In this document: piece by piece, positions 1 through 11,074 of the stretch
How the letters are laid out: every line of letters starts with the position of its first letter
How positions within the stretch are numbered: position 1 is the stretch's first letter
Source: Octopus bimaculoides
Taxonomy: Eukaryota
Assembly (NCBI RefSeq): GCF_001194135.2
Contig: NC_068991.1
Location: 26,461,109 to 26,525,108, forward strand
Reading direction: 5' to 3'
Length of the DNA: 64,000 nt
Position numbers and translations under genes: made by a program
Notes under the pieces: generated by a model
What the model was told of the DNA's origin: nothing
What the model saw: only the letters and a program-made list of their open reading frames with translations
Databases searched by the model: none

Positions 1-70
1 CACACACACACGCACACACACGTACACACACACACACACGCACACACACACACACACATATATATACACA
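1..70. repeat. (CA)n/(TA)n microsatellite
   Basis: Directly visible dinucleotide run. Confidence 0.95.
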
Positions 71-1261
71 CTTACAGACTCATCCACGTCTCACAAATGA
101 TCACAAAACAACGTAACATTGTATTATCTCAATTGTAGATATTTCAGGGTCGATAGGGGTTCGCAAAAATGTTTTTACACGGTTTATTCTGGCACTTTAC
201 CACTTTACCGTCTGATTAAAATCCTGTTAAAGTCAACTGGTTTTTTCATCCTCTCAAATGAAATAAAATGTCTCTAAAATATTGCGGGCCATGTAATAAA
301 CGAAATGCATTCTCTTTTAATTTATTGACCTTGTGTAAGAATTAGTATTTCTTATTGCTTCACGATCAATAATGGCGGATTCGACGAATAATTCTGTCGG
401 AAAATCGTTCGTGCCGGTTGTTCGGGTTCTTTACGTTTTGAATACTCGCCCTCAGAAGTTATCATCGCCTTTCAAAACTACGCAATCCATAAGATAAAGT
501 ACAACTGGAGTGTTGAAGCTGGATGTAATCGACTAAACCTACTTGGACATGAAGCAATTGTCAGATCTTGCTCGATGTCTTCTCTATTTTTCTCTGCGTA
601 TATAATGTAATAATATAATACATACCTATATTATATAATACATACATATATATGATGATGATTGCTTCGGCTTGACACATGATAGCCGTCCGATCAACAC
701 ACACAACAAATCCAGTTACACAGTCCCGGAATTTGAGTCCCTCTGTAACTTCAACCGATTATGAGTAAAAAAGCGGTTGCTCCACCACATTTTTCGAACT
801 CCCTCCTTCAACAAAAGCTTAATAATGGCCACTGTAAATCTTACTTAAACTGTATTGCCAGTATGGGTTATGAGAAAATGTTTCTTCTAAGAAAAAGAGA
901 TCATGTTCATATATATTGTAGACGCTAGAAAGGCTGAAACCCTTTGTCTTTATCACACTCAGCGAGCTGTACGTTGTGTAAGAGGAAACTACATATATAA
1001 CAATATTCTCTATAAAGCAGCGCCTCTCGATAATGTCTCGTAATAGTGAGGATTCTAAATTACGCCTGCAAATTCTCTCGCTTTATTAGTTACATGTTTT
1101 GTATGGATGACTAGGCGATTCTCTGTACAGGTGTATTTGCGTGGAATTGAGTTGATATATCTGTCCCAATGTACTTTTTAAATGAACTAATGAGAATACA
1201 AAATGTCAATAGAAAAAGGCCAAATACGTAAGCGAATTTTTATCACGAGGCATTAGATCTT

Positions 1262-1290
1262 ATACATACATAAATACATACATATACATA

Positions 1291-1375
<85 letters not shown>

Positions 1376-1600
1376 ATATATTCATATATGTATGTATAAA
1401 TTTTTACATGTATATGTTCTGATATGCATATATTTGCATATATATTTGAGTACATATATATAAGAAAATATGTATGTATATATGTACATATATGTATGTA
1501 TGTGTTTATATGTCTGTATATATGGATGGATGAATGTATATATGTTTGTATGTATGTATATGTGTATGCTTGTATGTATATATGCATACATACGCACGTT
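1262..1600. repeat. compound (CATA)/(CA)n/(TATG) low-complexity tract
   Basis: Directly visible; explains the VC/YI-rich ORFs. Confidence 0.9.
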
Positions 1601-1737
1601 CACTACTCTGAGGTGTATTTATATTGTTAGTACAGTGACATTTGGAATCTGCTCCAGACTTTAATTTATCAAACAAAAATAGTAATTCATTCAGTCATAT
1701 TCGAAAATGTCATATGTCTTCAGCTTTTCACAGCTCC

Positions 1738-1758
1738 ACACATACATACATACATACA

Positions 1759-1814
<56 letters not shown>
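1738..1814. repeat. (CATA)n(TA)n microsatellite
   Basis: Directly visible. Confidence 0.95.
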
Positions 1815-1817
<3 letters not shown>

Positions 1818-2551
1818 AGTTCCGTACATACTAGACCTGATATTAGAATGTGGGTTAGAGAAGAGAAACTATGTACAGTTGTGGAAATCAGCTGCCCAGC
1901 GGATGATAGCATGTAACTGGAGATCAGTGAAAAAGAGAATACCTACGTCGAACTATTGATAAATCTGCAGTTTGTTTATCCAGATTACCAGTTCAGGTTT
2001 ATACTTGCAATTATTGGTGCGCTGGGATGTGTAACACACTGCCTAAATTCCAATATTGAGAAATTAAACTTCTCAAAGCCAGAAAAGAGAAAACTGATTC
2101 CAAAAATTCAGATCCAAGGCATCACTGGAACTGTAAAAATTTGTAGAAAATTCTAGAAGTTTATCATTTAAGTATATATAAGCATGTCTAGATGCGCAAG
2201 TATATGCATGAGAAGACATACATAAAACAAAACATACAAATCTGCACGTTTACATAGATACATGCATACAAAAATATTCCGTTGTTCTTGTTGAAATTCC
2301 AATGAAGGAGCCTTGGATCTCGGTTAGAAACGGGCTCTTACTCTACCAAAAAAATCTTCCAAGAAATCTTGAAGTAAAACTCAATAATTGCATTCATCTA
2401 TACATACTTACATATAAATACGCACACACACGCGCGTTTGCGCGCGGTCACATCTATATAAACGCACATACATACGTATTTATACGTATGCATACATGTA
2501 TATGTGTGTGTGTATGTATATGTATATATAGGAAAGTAGAAGCACTCCAAG

Positions 2552-3093
2552 GCACCAATATTTGCTGGAAATAGCAGTCGATAACCGTACAGTGGTATGT
2601 AAAGCTTTACTGAATGTATAGGGCGGCGAACATAAAAGAATTTTGGTTTTACCTCTAGGAGAAAAGCTACAGAAATGGACAACCTAGTACTCGTGTTGTG
2701 AACTTCCCAGAATATGTTATCGCAAATCTGATTAGTTTTTGTCAGCTAGATTCACCTAAGACAAAATTTAAAATATCCGCAACATCAATGCTTGCACACT
2801 CAGCTGATAGCCCAAGCCGTAAACAGAACCAAGACCAGTGAATAGTTTTATATCAAAAATTATAAATGTTATTACAATACAATAGAATTATATTCCAGCG
2901 ATAAGTACGGTAAAGGTTAAATTATAAATAGGATATAGTGTCACAACAAGCACCAATGTTTGCTAGAAATGGCAATCGATAACTGTATGACACTGTGTAA
3001 TGCTTCACTGAATGTATAGAGGCAAAGATGTGTGCAGGCGGTGCAGAAAAAGTTTCGTCTTACCTCTAAGGGAAACGCCAGAAAAATGGACAA
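2552..3093 (+). repeat. diverged direct duplication of ~130-140 bp (2552-2682 and 2950-3093)
   Basis: GCACCAATRTTTGCTRGAAATRGCARTCGATAAC...CTGAATGTATAG...TTACCTCTA...AAATGGACAA present twice, ~400 bp apart. Confidence 0.8.
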
Positions 3094-3116
3094 TATGTAA
3101 TAGTATTTATTATTTC

Positions 3117-3119
<3 letters not shown>

Positions 3120-3205
<86 letters not shown>
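3120..3205. repeat. (TA)n microsatellite abutting the Penelope-like element
   Basis: Directly visible. Confidence 0.95.
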
Positions 3206-3210
<5 letters not shown>

Positions 3211-3252
3211 AAACTGAAGAAAACCACAGATTAACCAGCACATCGATGGGCC

Positions 3253-3690
3253 CTTGTGGGCATTTACCTCTTAGATAACATCTATAAAGAGTCCCCTGAA
3301 CTCGCGCGAGGCGTATACAGAGACAATGTATTTTTTCTTATTAATAACATCTCCAATAGACGCCTAGAATTACTTAAGAAACGCCTATACAATTTCTTTC
3401 ATAGATTCGGCTTCTCCATTGTTATAGAGAATGAAAACTACTCCAACAACGACTTACACATTAACTGTGATTTAAATACGGGTTTACAACAACCTTATAG
3501 GAAACCTAACTTTAACCTTAAGTATATAAATTATCAAAGTAACCATCCACAATCGGTAAAAAGGGCTTTAATTGGAGGCATTAGCAAAAGGATTTCCTAT
3601 CTACCATCTAATGGGGACATATTTAATAGTCATAAGGATAAGTACGATAAGGCACTTATGGAGTCGGGCTATAGAGGGAAAATTATATGT
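3253..3690 (+). pseudogene. Penelope-type reverse transcriptase, C-terminal half
   Basis: LVGIYLL...GVYRDN (GLYRDD motif), QPYRKPN..YINYQSNHP..VKRALI..ISKRIS...YDKALMESGY typical of PLE RT/thumb; catalytic DD degraded to DN. Confidence 0.85.
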
Positions 3691-4299
3691 ATCCCACACG
3701 AGCATGTAATGGGTAGTAGTAATAACGAATATGCCAGCCGCAACATTACTGCACATGACCATATACCCAAGCAATGTAAAAATGCACAGGTACCAACAGC
3801 AAATGACACTAATAGGACCAGATTTAGTAATTGTATGAATAACTACAAAAACAATAGTAACATAGTTGGTAGAACTACGATGGTCAATGCACGCAGGAAA
3901 AGTAATATCAATAAGCACATCACCCACAAAGAAACAATTGGCAAATTGGGAGAAAAGATTTGGCGTATAATCGCTTTTGCAATGCAAATAAGGACGAACT
4001 TAGCTAATTGCGCATTTTGATAAGAATAATAGGTATTCTAATATTATAGATATTAGTTGAATAAGGATAGGTTATAGCCTTATACATAATTTAGGGAGCA
4101 TAATATCCTCCTTGAATTATAAAAACAATAGATACTATCTACTCAAATAGAAACACAAATAGAACCGATGGCGATATTAGTAGAAATAATAATAATAATA
4201 AACACTATCCTAACCTTAGTACAGAATACTCTCCGATCCAATATAACCACTTTAACCTCAATAGACCTAATCCTACCCCACAATGAAGCAACTACCCAC

Positions 4300-4712
4300 A
4301 CAGAATAACCTATATGACTATAAAAACGGGAATAATTGTGCCTTCGGTAACACCTGTAGAATTAAGGACGTTATTTATCAATGCACAGTCAAAGCACAGT
4401 CTGAAAAATTGAGTAATATTCCAGCAACCCAAAATAAAATAAAACAAAGACTAGCCACACACTAACATTCTCTTAGAAACAGTAACTTAATTAATTGGAC
4501 TGGTTTAAATAGGTATATTTGGGAGCTTACAGATAGTAACACTAGCTTCACATTAAATAGGGAGATTCTTGCTACTTGCACCTTCGTATAATGAAAAAAT
4601 AGAAAATGTTACCTTTACATATATGAAATTATTTATATTCTAACAGCTCGTAATCCGTTAGTGAACCGGAGAGTTGAGCGAAGTGTAGCTTGCCTGCACA
4701 AAGGCAGGTCTA
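4300..4712 (+). pseudogene. Penelope-type GIY-YIG endonuclease remnant
   Basis: NNCAFGNTCRIKDVIYQCTV...KQRLATH*HSLRN...TGLNRYIWELTD...CLHK matches the PLE C.L.G.C..VIY..YIG..FK.R..H..LS.YIW.L pattern; stops and frameshifts present. Confidence 0.8.
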
Positions 4713-6474
4713 CGTTTGATAAATATGAATAGCACTAGAAATACTTATACTTACCCATAATACTACTTCTAACCCCACAGCATACAATTAGTAGTCTCTG
4801 ATAGTTTAATGCAGGTTATACATCTTACTCCTTTTATAGTTCGTCTAGTTGGGAATAACCGAGGCTCTTGTAGGTAGTCAAATAACCAACCCCTCCTCTT
4901 ACCCTTTCCTAAGTTTTTAATGTAATCCCCACCCATATCTATTACCTATTTCTTACACCAACTACCATTTACCCAATTTTTATCATCCCATAATCCCTTG
5001 TATTAAATATTTTATTTGTATCATAAATGATCCGAGAACACAAAGGCCTTAGGATTTCTGCCATATGGGTATTTTACCCCAATAAACACTTCATATCCCA
5101 AATATTATTTAAATTTCAATTTTAGCTTTTCCCACTTTGCTAGCTTTCTCTACCCTCCAGCCCTTGCTGGAATTTTGATTCCTTTTGTCTACTAACGCAT
5201 TGTTTTTTCATCCACTCACTGCTATTCCCCCATTTTATTGTACATTATCAGCCCTATATACATGTCAACAATATTTCCCCCATGTTTGATTTTGTCATCC
5301 TTTTCATGTTACTTTTATTATATGTTATATTTTTTCTTTACTTTATTGTATTTTTGCACCCATTTGGAATTAATATACCTTTGAATATAATTTTAATAAT
5401 TCGATTCAATTATTATTTCTCTCTTATGTTAGGGCATTTGTTTTTGCTTTTTAGGCATACTTAGTAAATTGCTTGATACAAGGTAAATTTTCTCATAGTA
5501 CCAATCTGTCTGTGGAACCGGCATTTATTGTACCCATTAGTTCCATTATATTCTTTTAAATTGTTAGGGACTATATACCTTAATAACTATGTAATGCTTA
5601 TGAAGCTTACTGAGGACACTGTTTACAAATAGGGAGTTTCATTATTTCATATGATTTCACCATGTGACTTAGCCTTAAATATTATCCGCCTAGTGCATGG
5701 GCCATTTTATTTGTGCATTGTAGATCAACCTATCAGATGATTTTTTTTTGGCATACCTGTATATACCTAATTATTATACAATTCGCTATATACGAGGTTT
5801 AGATCAATTTCATTCCCTAGTTAGTTTCCATTTGACCACTGAATTATCAATACTAGTTGCCTCCCCTTAACCACTACAACGACGATTCTCCAATTCTTCC
5901 CTCATGCATGTTATAACGTTAAGACGCTGAAGGACATAAACGACCCCACTCTATTCATTCATTGAATTATCCCCGGATATTTTTCCATTTTCTTTTCATG
6001 TTTATTTTATAAACAAATCCTTTGTAACGGTTTTAACTTGTGACCCTGTTTCAAATTGTAACTGACTAATTGTAGAGACCGCTTGGCTTAGACTTGCCCA
6101 ATTGTGGACCTTGGGTGGGACTCTTAGTATTAATTTCTGTGAGTAACTTTAAATTCAGCACCCTACGCTAATTGTTTACTTCTACTTGAGTTTTCTCCGT
6201 TAGCATAGGTACTGCCCTTTGATAATCATATTAGTATTTTCCTCATATATAGTTTCTTGATAACGTCTTTATTAAAGATCCTGGCCCCCTCCTTCTAATT
6301 GCACCTACCCGTTAATGAATTCTAGCATTACCTAGACCGTTACTAGCTCTCTCTTTTACCTGCCGACCCTGATGGTAAATTATTTGCTCTTAACATATGG
6401 GGCTTCTAGACTATTTGTCTAAACCATATTTTATTTCCTTTTTCTTCTTTTTGTTTCTATTGTTTCCTCTTGTT

Positions 6475-6590
6475 TTACACTCTGATGAAGACCCGTTGCT
6501 TTAATTTCAATGCCCTATGTAGATGAAGAACTTTATTCTCGCATTGGCAATCCGATCAGTAACGGCCGTAAGACATGTTACGTCACCTAT
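6475..6590 (+). ncRNA. degenerate hammerhead ribozyme-like motif in the PLE terminal repeat
   Basis: CTGATGAAG at 6482, stem CCGTTGC/GTAACGG, then CCGTAAGACATGT (decayed CGAAAC); stem I not evident. Confidence 0.35.
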
Positions 6591-6904
6591 TTTGTTATGT
6601 CATACTTTGTATTAAAAAATAAGCTATAAATGTGGTCCAATCGATGCGTTTGTTAATCTGTGGTTTTCTCCATTCTCTAATTATTTGCATTGGTTCCTGA
6701 TAAACTCCTGTTTATACTATTGTTATCTGTACTCAACTTGTATGGTGTACCTGCACACCAATGCCCGGGAATAATACAGGAAATGGATACCGATAGTATA
6801 TACGGATATCTTATCTCTTAGTCGGTTACAATAACCGTTAACTCTGTTTACATATATTTATGTGTGTTTGTATGTACATATACATATATATGCATTTCTT
6901 TGTG

Positions 6905-6986
<82 letters not shown>

Positions 6987-6995
6987 ACATATATA
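6905..6995. repeat. (CA)n microsatellite
   Basis: Directly visible. Confidence 0.95.
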
Positions 6996-7042
6996 AATAG
7001 GAATGTTGGTGCAAACACGATAAATAGAACTTAAAATATGAG

Positions 7043-7169
7043 TATATGTATATTTTTATTAATATTTAGCAGAAACACCAAAAGTAACTGACTTGGTACT
7101 AACACACAAAACTGTCAGACATTGGAGTCGCTTTGTTACTTCTGCTAAATATTAATAAATATACATATA
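7043..7169. repeat. foldback (MITE-like) inverted repeat, ~40-bp arms
   Basis: TATATGTATATTTTTATTAATATTTAGCAGAA (7043-) is the reverse complement of TTCTGCTAAATATTAATAAATATACATATA (-7169) apart from a 2-nt indel. Confidence 0.75.
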
Positions 7170-7250
7170 AAGTGTTGCTCCGGTAGGGCTGCAGTCAAGT
7201 GACTGAAATAGGTAAACGAATAAAAGAATATGAATGTGTCTGTGTGCGTG

Positions 7251-7281
<31 letters not shown>

Positions 7282-7310
7282 TTGTGTACATGTGTGTGTG
7301 TGTGTGTGTA

Positions 7311-8206
7311 TACGAGGTGGTATCAAAGCGTTCCTCGATTAATTCTATAGCTCGACAACAAATTGCAGCACATGGTTGCGTGCTCAGTGAGAGTAGTAAC
7401 CTTTATAAGTAAGTGTGTCAAGTGACATCACTGTGTTTTCTTCGCAAGTTATGAAATTTCTGTTTTTGTGATCACGTGTATACTGCAGACTGTGATTTTG
7501 TCATGGACAAAAGAACATCGCGTGTCCCATATTTCAAGTCGAGCATCGCTCCCGGGGTCAAGAGTTAGATTTACGAGTACTAGCCTGAAACGAAGCAGCA
7601 GTTGTCACAATAGAAGAAGTCTCCATCTCCACAACCGAAGAAGACAGGATAGAGCTGCAGCTGAATGAAAATCATTATCATCGTTTTTTTTCGACATACG
7701 CGGTTTTTATGCATTGATAATTCGCCCCCTAGTGCTACACCGTTAATCCATTAATCGAGAGTTCTATTGCGACGATTTGATGCGTTTGTGGGAGGACATT
7801 CAGCAAAGGCAACTGGATCTGTGGTGAGCGAAGAACTGGGGGGTGGGTTAATACGAAAATGCACCCTGTCACCGAGCTACCCTCGCTCGTGAGTTACTCG
7901 CCAAAAACAGCATTGTATCGCGTCTGCAATCGTCGTATTCCCCAGATGTAGCACTGGCGGACTTTCATCTCATCACTAAGATGGTAAAGCAGCGCAAAAA
8001 TCGCCGTTTTAACAGCGTTGTTGAGATCCAGTGCGAATCGCAGAAGGTCTCTCACTCGATTATGGAAAACGACTTCCAGGCTGAATTCCAAATGTGACAG
8101 GAACGCTGTGACAGGTATATTGCTGCGCAAGGAAACTAATTCAAAGGTGATGTTCTTAAAATTTAGGTAAATAACTAGTCCTGGAACATTTTGATATCAC
8201 CTTATA
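7311..8206 (+). mobile_element. internally deleted mariner-family DNA transposon
   Basis: ~34-bp imperfect TIRs (TACGAGGTGGTATCAAAGCGTTCC / GGAACATTTTGATATCACCTTATA) in TA context; decayed catalytic domain (IVFFDIRG, ENAPCH, SYSPDVALADF, QGN*FKGD); most of the HTH region is missing. Confidence 0.85.
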
Positions 8207-8944
8207 TATATATATATATATATNNNNNNNNNNNNNNNNNNNNNNNNNNNNNNNNNNNNNNNNNNNNNNNNNNNNNNNNNNNNNNNNNNNNNNNNNNNNN
8301 NNNNNNNNNNNNNNNNNNNNNNNNNNNNNNNNNNNNNNNNNNNNNNNNNNNNNNNNNNNNNNNNNNNNNNNNNNNNNNNNNNNNNNNNNNNNNNNNNNNN
8401 NNNNNNNNNNNNNNNNNNNNNNNNNNNNNNNNNNNNNNNNNNNNNNNNNNNNNNNNNNNNNNNNNNNNNNNNNNNNNNNNNNNNNNNNNNNNNNNNNNNN
8501 NNNNNNNNNNNNNNNNNNNNNNNNNNNNNNNNNNNNNNNNNNNNNNNNNNNNNNNNNNNNNNNNNNNNNNNNNNNNNNNNNNNNNNNNNNNNNNNNNNNN
8601 NNNNNNNNNNNNNNNNNNNNNNNNNNNNNNNNNNNNNNNNNNNNNNNNNNNNNNNNNNNNNNNNNNNNNNNNNNNNNNNNNNNNNNNNNNNNNNNNNNNN
8701 NNNNNNNNNNNNNNNNNNNNNNNNNNNNNNNNNNNNNNNNNNNNNNNNNNNNNNNNNNNNNNNNNNNNNNNNNNNNNNNNNATATATATATATATATATA
8801 CACGCAGCAAATTTCTACATTATTATCTGTTGCATTTTTAATTCTGTTATTTTGATTATTTTTACTATTATCATTATTATTGTTATATTGTTAACTTTTT
8901 CCATAATCGTCTTTTTTTAAATAATATCGTTATTGCTGTTATTA

Positions 8945-9500
8945 TTTTCTTTACGCACAACAGATTAGACTCTTGGGGTAATTCGTAGCATCGGGCGACA
9001 ACAATTAACCTTAGGTGCCAAGGACATCCCCAAGTATCCAAGCTGTTCCCTAACAATACTGTTTTCTGGAACTGTGCAAAAGTAGGTTTATGCATACTTC
9101 CTCTATCCATCTGTTAAAATCTTTATGACTAGTTCCTAATGCACCCATAGGTACTTGGATACATTTTACCCACAATCTTCATACACTCAATGGCAAGGCC
9201 CTGTTACTTTTTTTTTCTCAGTACCTCCCTTATTGGTTTTCTCATATTTGGGATTGTAAAGTGAAATACCTGGCACTTTCTATTCCCTCTGTCTACTTCT
9301 ACTAAACCATTCCGTCTAGTTCCTATTTCTCTGATAGTCTGAATGTTGAAGTCGCACAACATCTTATATTTCTTAAGTACGTTCATGTTCATACCACCTA
9401 TAAATATGCTCAAATTCTAGCTTTCCACATAACTTCCAGTCGAATATTTTCCCTTAGTTATCATGTTTTTTTTCTTGTATTCTTTACATGCTAGTGCCCT
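8945..9500 (-). mobile_element. R4/Dong-like non-LTR retrotransposon 3' fragment (REL endonuclease)
   Basis: KEYKKKHDN, KMLCDFNIQTIREIGTRRNGLVEVDRGNRKCQ, QFQKTVLLG; degenerate AAT tail. Confidence 0.8.
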
Positions 9501-9502
9501 AT

Positions 9503-9621
9503 ATTCTGTTAGAGCAGTCGAGTTCATTTCATTTATACTCATTTTAAAAATCGTCTCCGGTTAATCGTTGAGAGGCCCGTTGGTGTTGCCTTGGTGGAGG
9601 TTTGCGCCCTGTGACTGCTCA

Positions 9622-9622
<1 letters not shown>
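9503..9622 (-). repeat. fragment of an unclassified non-autonomous repeat (possibly Helentron-associated/DINE-1-like)
   Basis: Motif GCGCAAACCTCCACCAAGGCAACACCAAC is recalled from such elements; no second copy in the window to confirm. Confidence 0.25.

Positions 9623-9697
<75 letters not shown>
9622..9697. repeat. (ATT)n microsatellite, tail of the adjacent Dong-like copy
   Basis: Directly visible. Confidence 0.95.
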
Positions 9698-10243
9698 TAC
9701 ATTTTATCTGCATGCTTGTTACAATCACTTGCTGAGACACACCCAGCGTCCTAGGGCGAGTGAAAGATAAGAGATGTTACAGTATGACTGAAAGTTTGGA
9801 GAAGGGATGTGGCTGGGGCAGTAGCAAAATATCTTCATGTAATACAACACAGACATTTAAACTGATTGACTTTGTCTGAGGATGTGGGCGGTACTTGTCA
9901 TCACAATCTTTTGGATTACTCACAGAAATGATTCTCCCGGCATATTGTCTACATGTTTCTGAAACCCCTTTCTTCTCATATCTAGGGTACCCATAATAAC
10001 AAGAACTCTTTTCGTTTTGAAATGCCACACCTTTTGTATTTAAATTTCCAGGTCCTTATATTTATTAATTTATCAGATTCCTTTACAAACATATTTTTAT
10101 CAGTGGGAACACATACATAGTCCACAAGTATTTTCTCCCCGAATTTAATAACTATTTCTGGTCGATTAACCTTGATCGTTCTGTCAATGTTGACTGGAAA
10201 ATCCCAGAGGATAGTGACATTTTTAACTTCAAGAACAGTGCTA
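9698..10243 (-). mobile_element. R4/Dong-like 3' fragment (second family)
   Basis: KNVTILWDFPVNIDRTIKVNRPEIV...KLIKYKDLEI...TAHILRQ* then 3' UTR ending in (AAT)n. Confidence 0.8.
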
Positions 10244-10258
10244 TATTATTATTATTAT

Positions 10259-10645
10259 TGTTCAGTAGTTTTATTTTTATAACGTGCTTGCACTTCACTA
10301 CCGAGCGCAGCTCTGTGCGCCTTGGGTATGTGCTGTGGTTTGCTGTGGTGCTCTTATGTTTACTGTATTGAAAGTGTTTTGCGTAGAATGTGTGCAGTAC
10401 CCAGTAGTGCAATTTTCTGTATGTTATATATACTTGTAAGTCCTGGTATTTTTGTTATGTATTTGTCTGAATATTTTTTTATTATACCTAAGGCACCTAC
10501 TATGATAGGAATTGTTTCTGTTTTTAGATTCCACATTCGAGTTACCTCTATTTCCAGGTCTTTGTATTTTGAAAGTTTTTCCATTTCTTTTAGAGAAACG
10601 TTGTCATCTGCTGGTATTGATACGTCAATTAGAAAGCATTTTCTT
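10259..10645 (-). mobile_element. R4/Dong-like 3' fragment (third family, little decayed)
   Basis: Open frame KCFLIDVSIPADDNVSLKEMEKLSKYKDLEIEVTRMWNLKTETIPIIVGALG...GTAHILRKTLSIQ*, 3' UTR and (AAT)n tail. Confidence 0.9.
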
Positions 10646-10756
10646 CTTCTTCTTCTTCTTCTTCTTCTTCTTCTTCTTCTTCTTCTTCTTCTTCTTCTTC
10701 TTCTTCTTCTTCTTCTTCTTCTTCTTCTTCTTCTTCTTCTTCTTCTTCTTCTTCTT

Positions 10757-10835
<79 letters not shown>
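10642..10835. repeat. (TTC)n(TTA)n compound microsatellite
   Basis: Directly visible. Confidence 0.95.
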
Positions 10836-10836
<1 letters not shown>

Positions 10837-10851
10837 GGTCATTACGTAGAT

Positions 10852-11062
10852 AGGCGAGCTGCCAGAATCATTAGCACGCAGGGCAAAATGCTTAGGAGTA
10901 TTTTTTCCGTCTTTACGTGTTCAGTTCAAATTCTGCCGATGTTGACACTGCTCTTCATTCTTTCAGAGGTTGATAAAGTAAGTTGAATACTGTTGTCGAT
11001 GTAATCATCTTACTCTCTCCCCTGCAACTGCTGGTCTTGTAGCAAAATTTGAAACCATTATT
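10852..11062 (+). mobile_element. tRNA-derived SINE, family A
   Basis: GGCGAGCTGCCAGAATCATTAGCAC head, GTTCAAATTC B-box-like motif; homologous to the other family A copies. Confidence 0.85.
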
Positions 11063-11074
11063 ATATTTATTGTT

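Larger units (their letters stand above)
3204..6683 (+). mobile_element. 5'-truncated, degenerate Penelope-like retroelement with inverted 5' terminal copy
   Basis: RT and GIY-YIG remnants (next entries); 3204-3253 is an inverted copy (41/50) of 6634-6683; hammerhead-like core at 6482. The right boundary could extend to ~6850. Confidence 0.85.

Noticed and set aside
372-497. ATGGCGGAT-initiated 41-codon ORF (MADSTNNSVGKSF..)
   Set aside because: Short, no convincing donor site, no recognisable homology.
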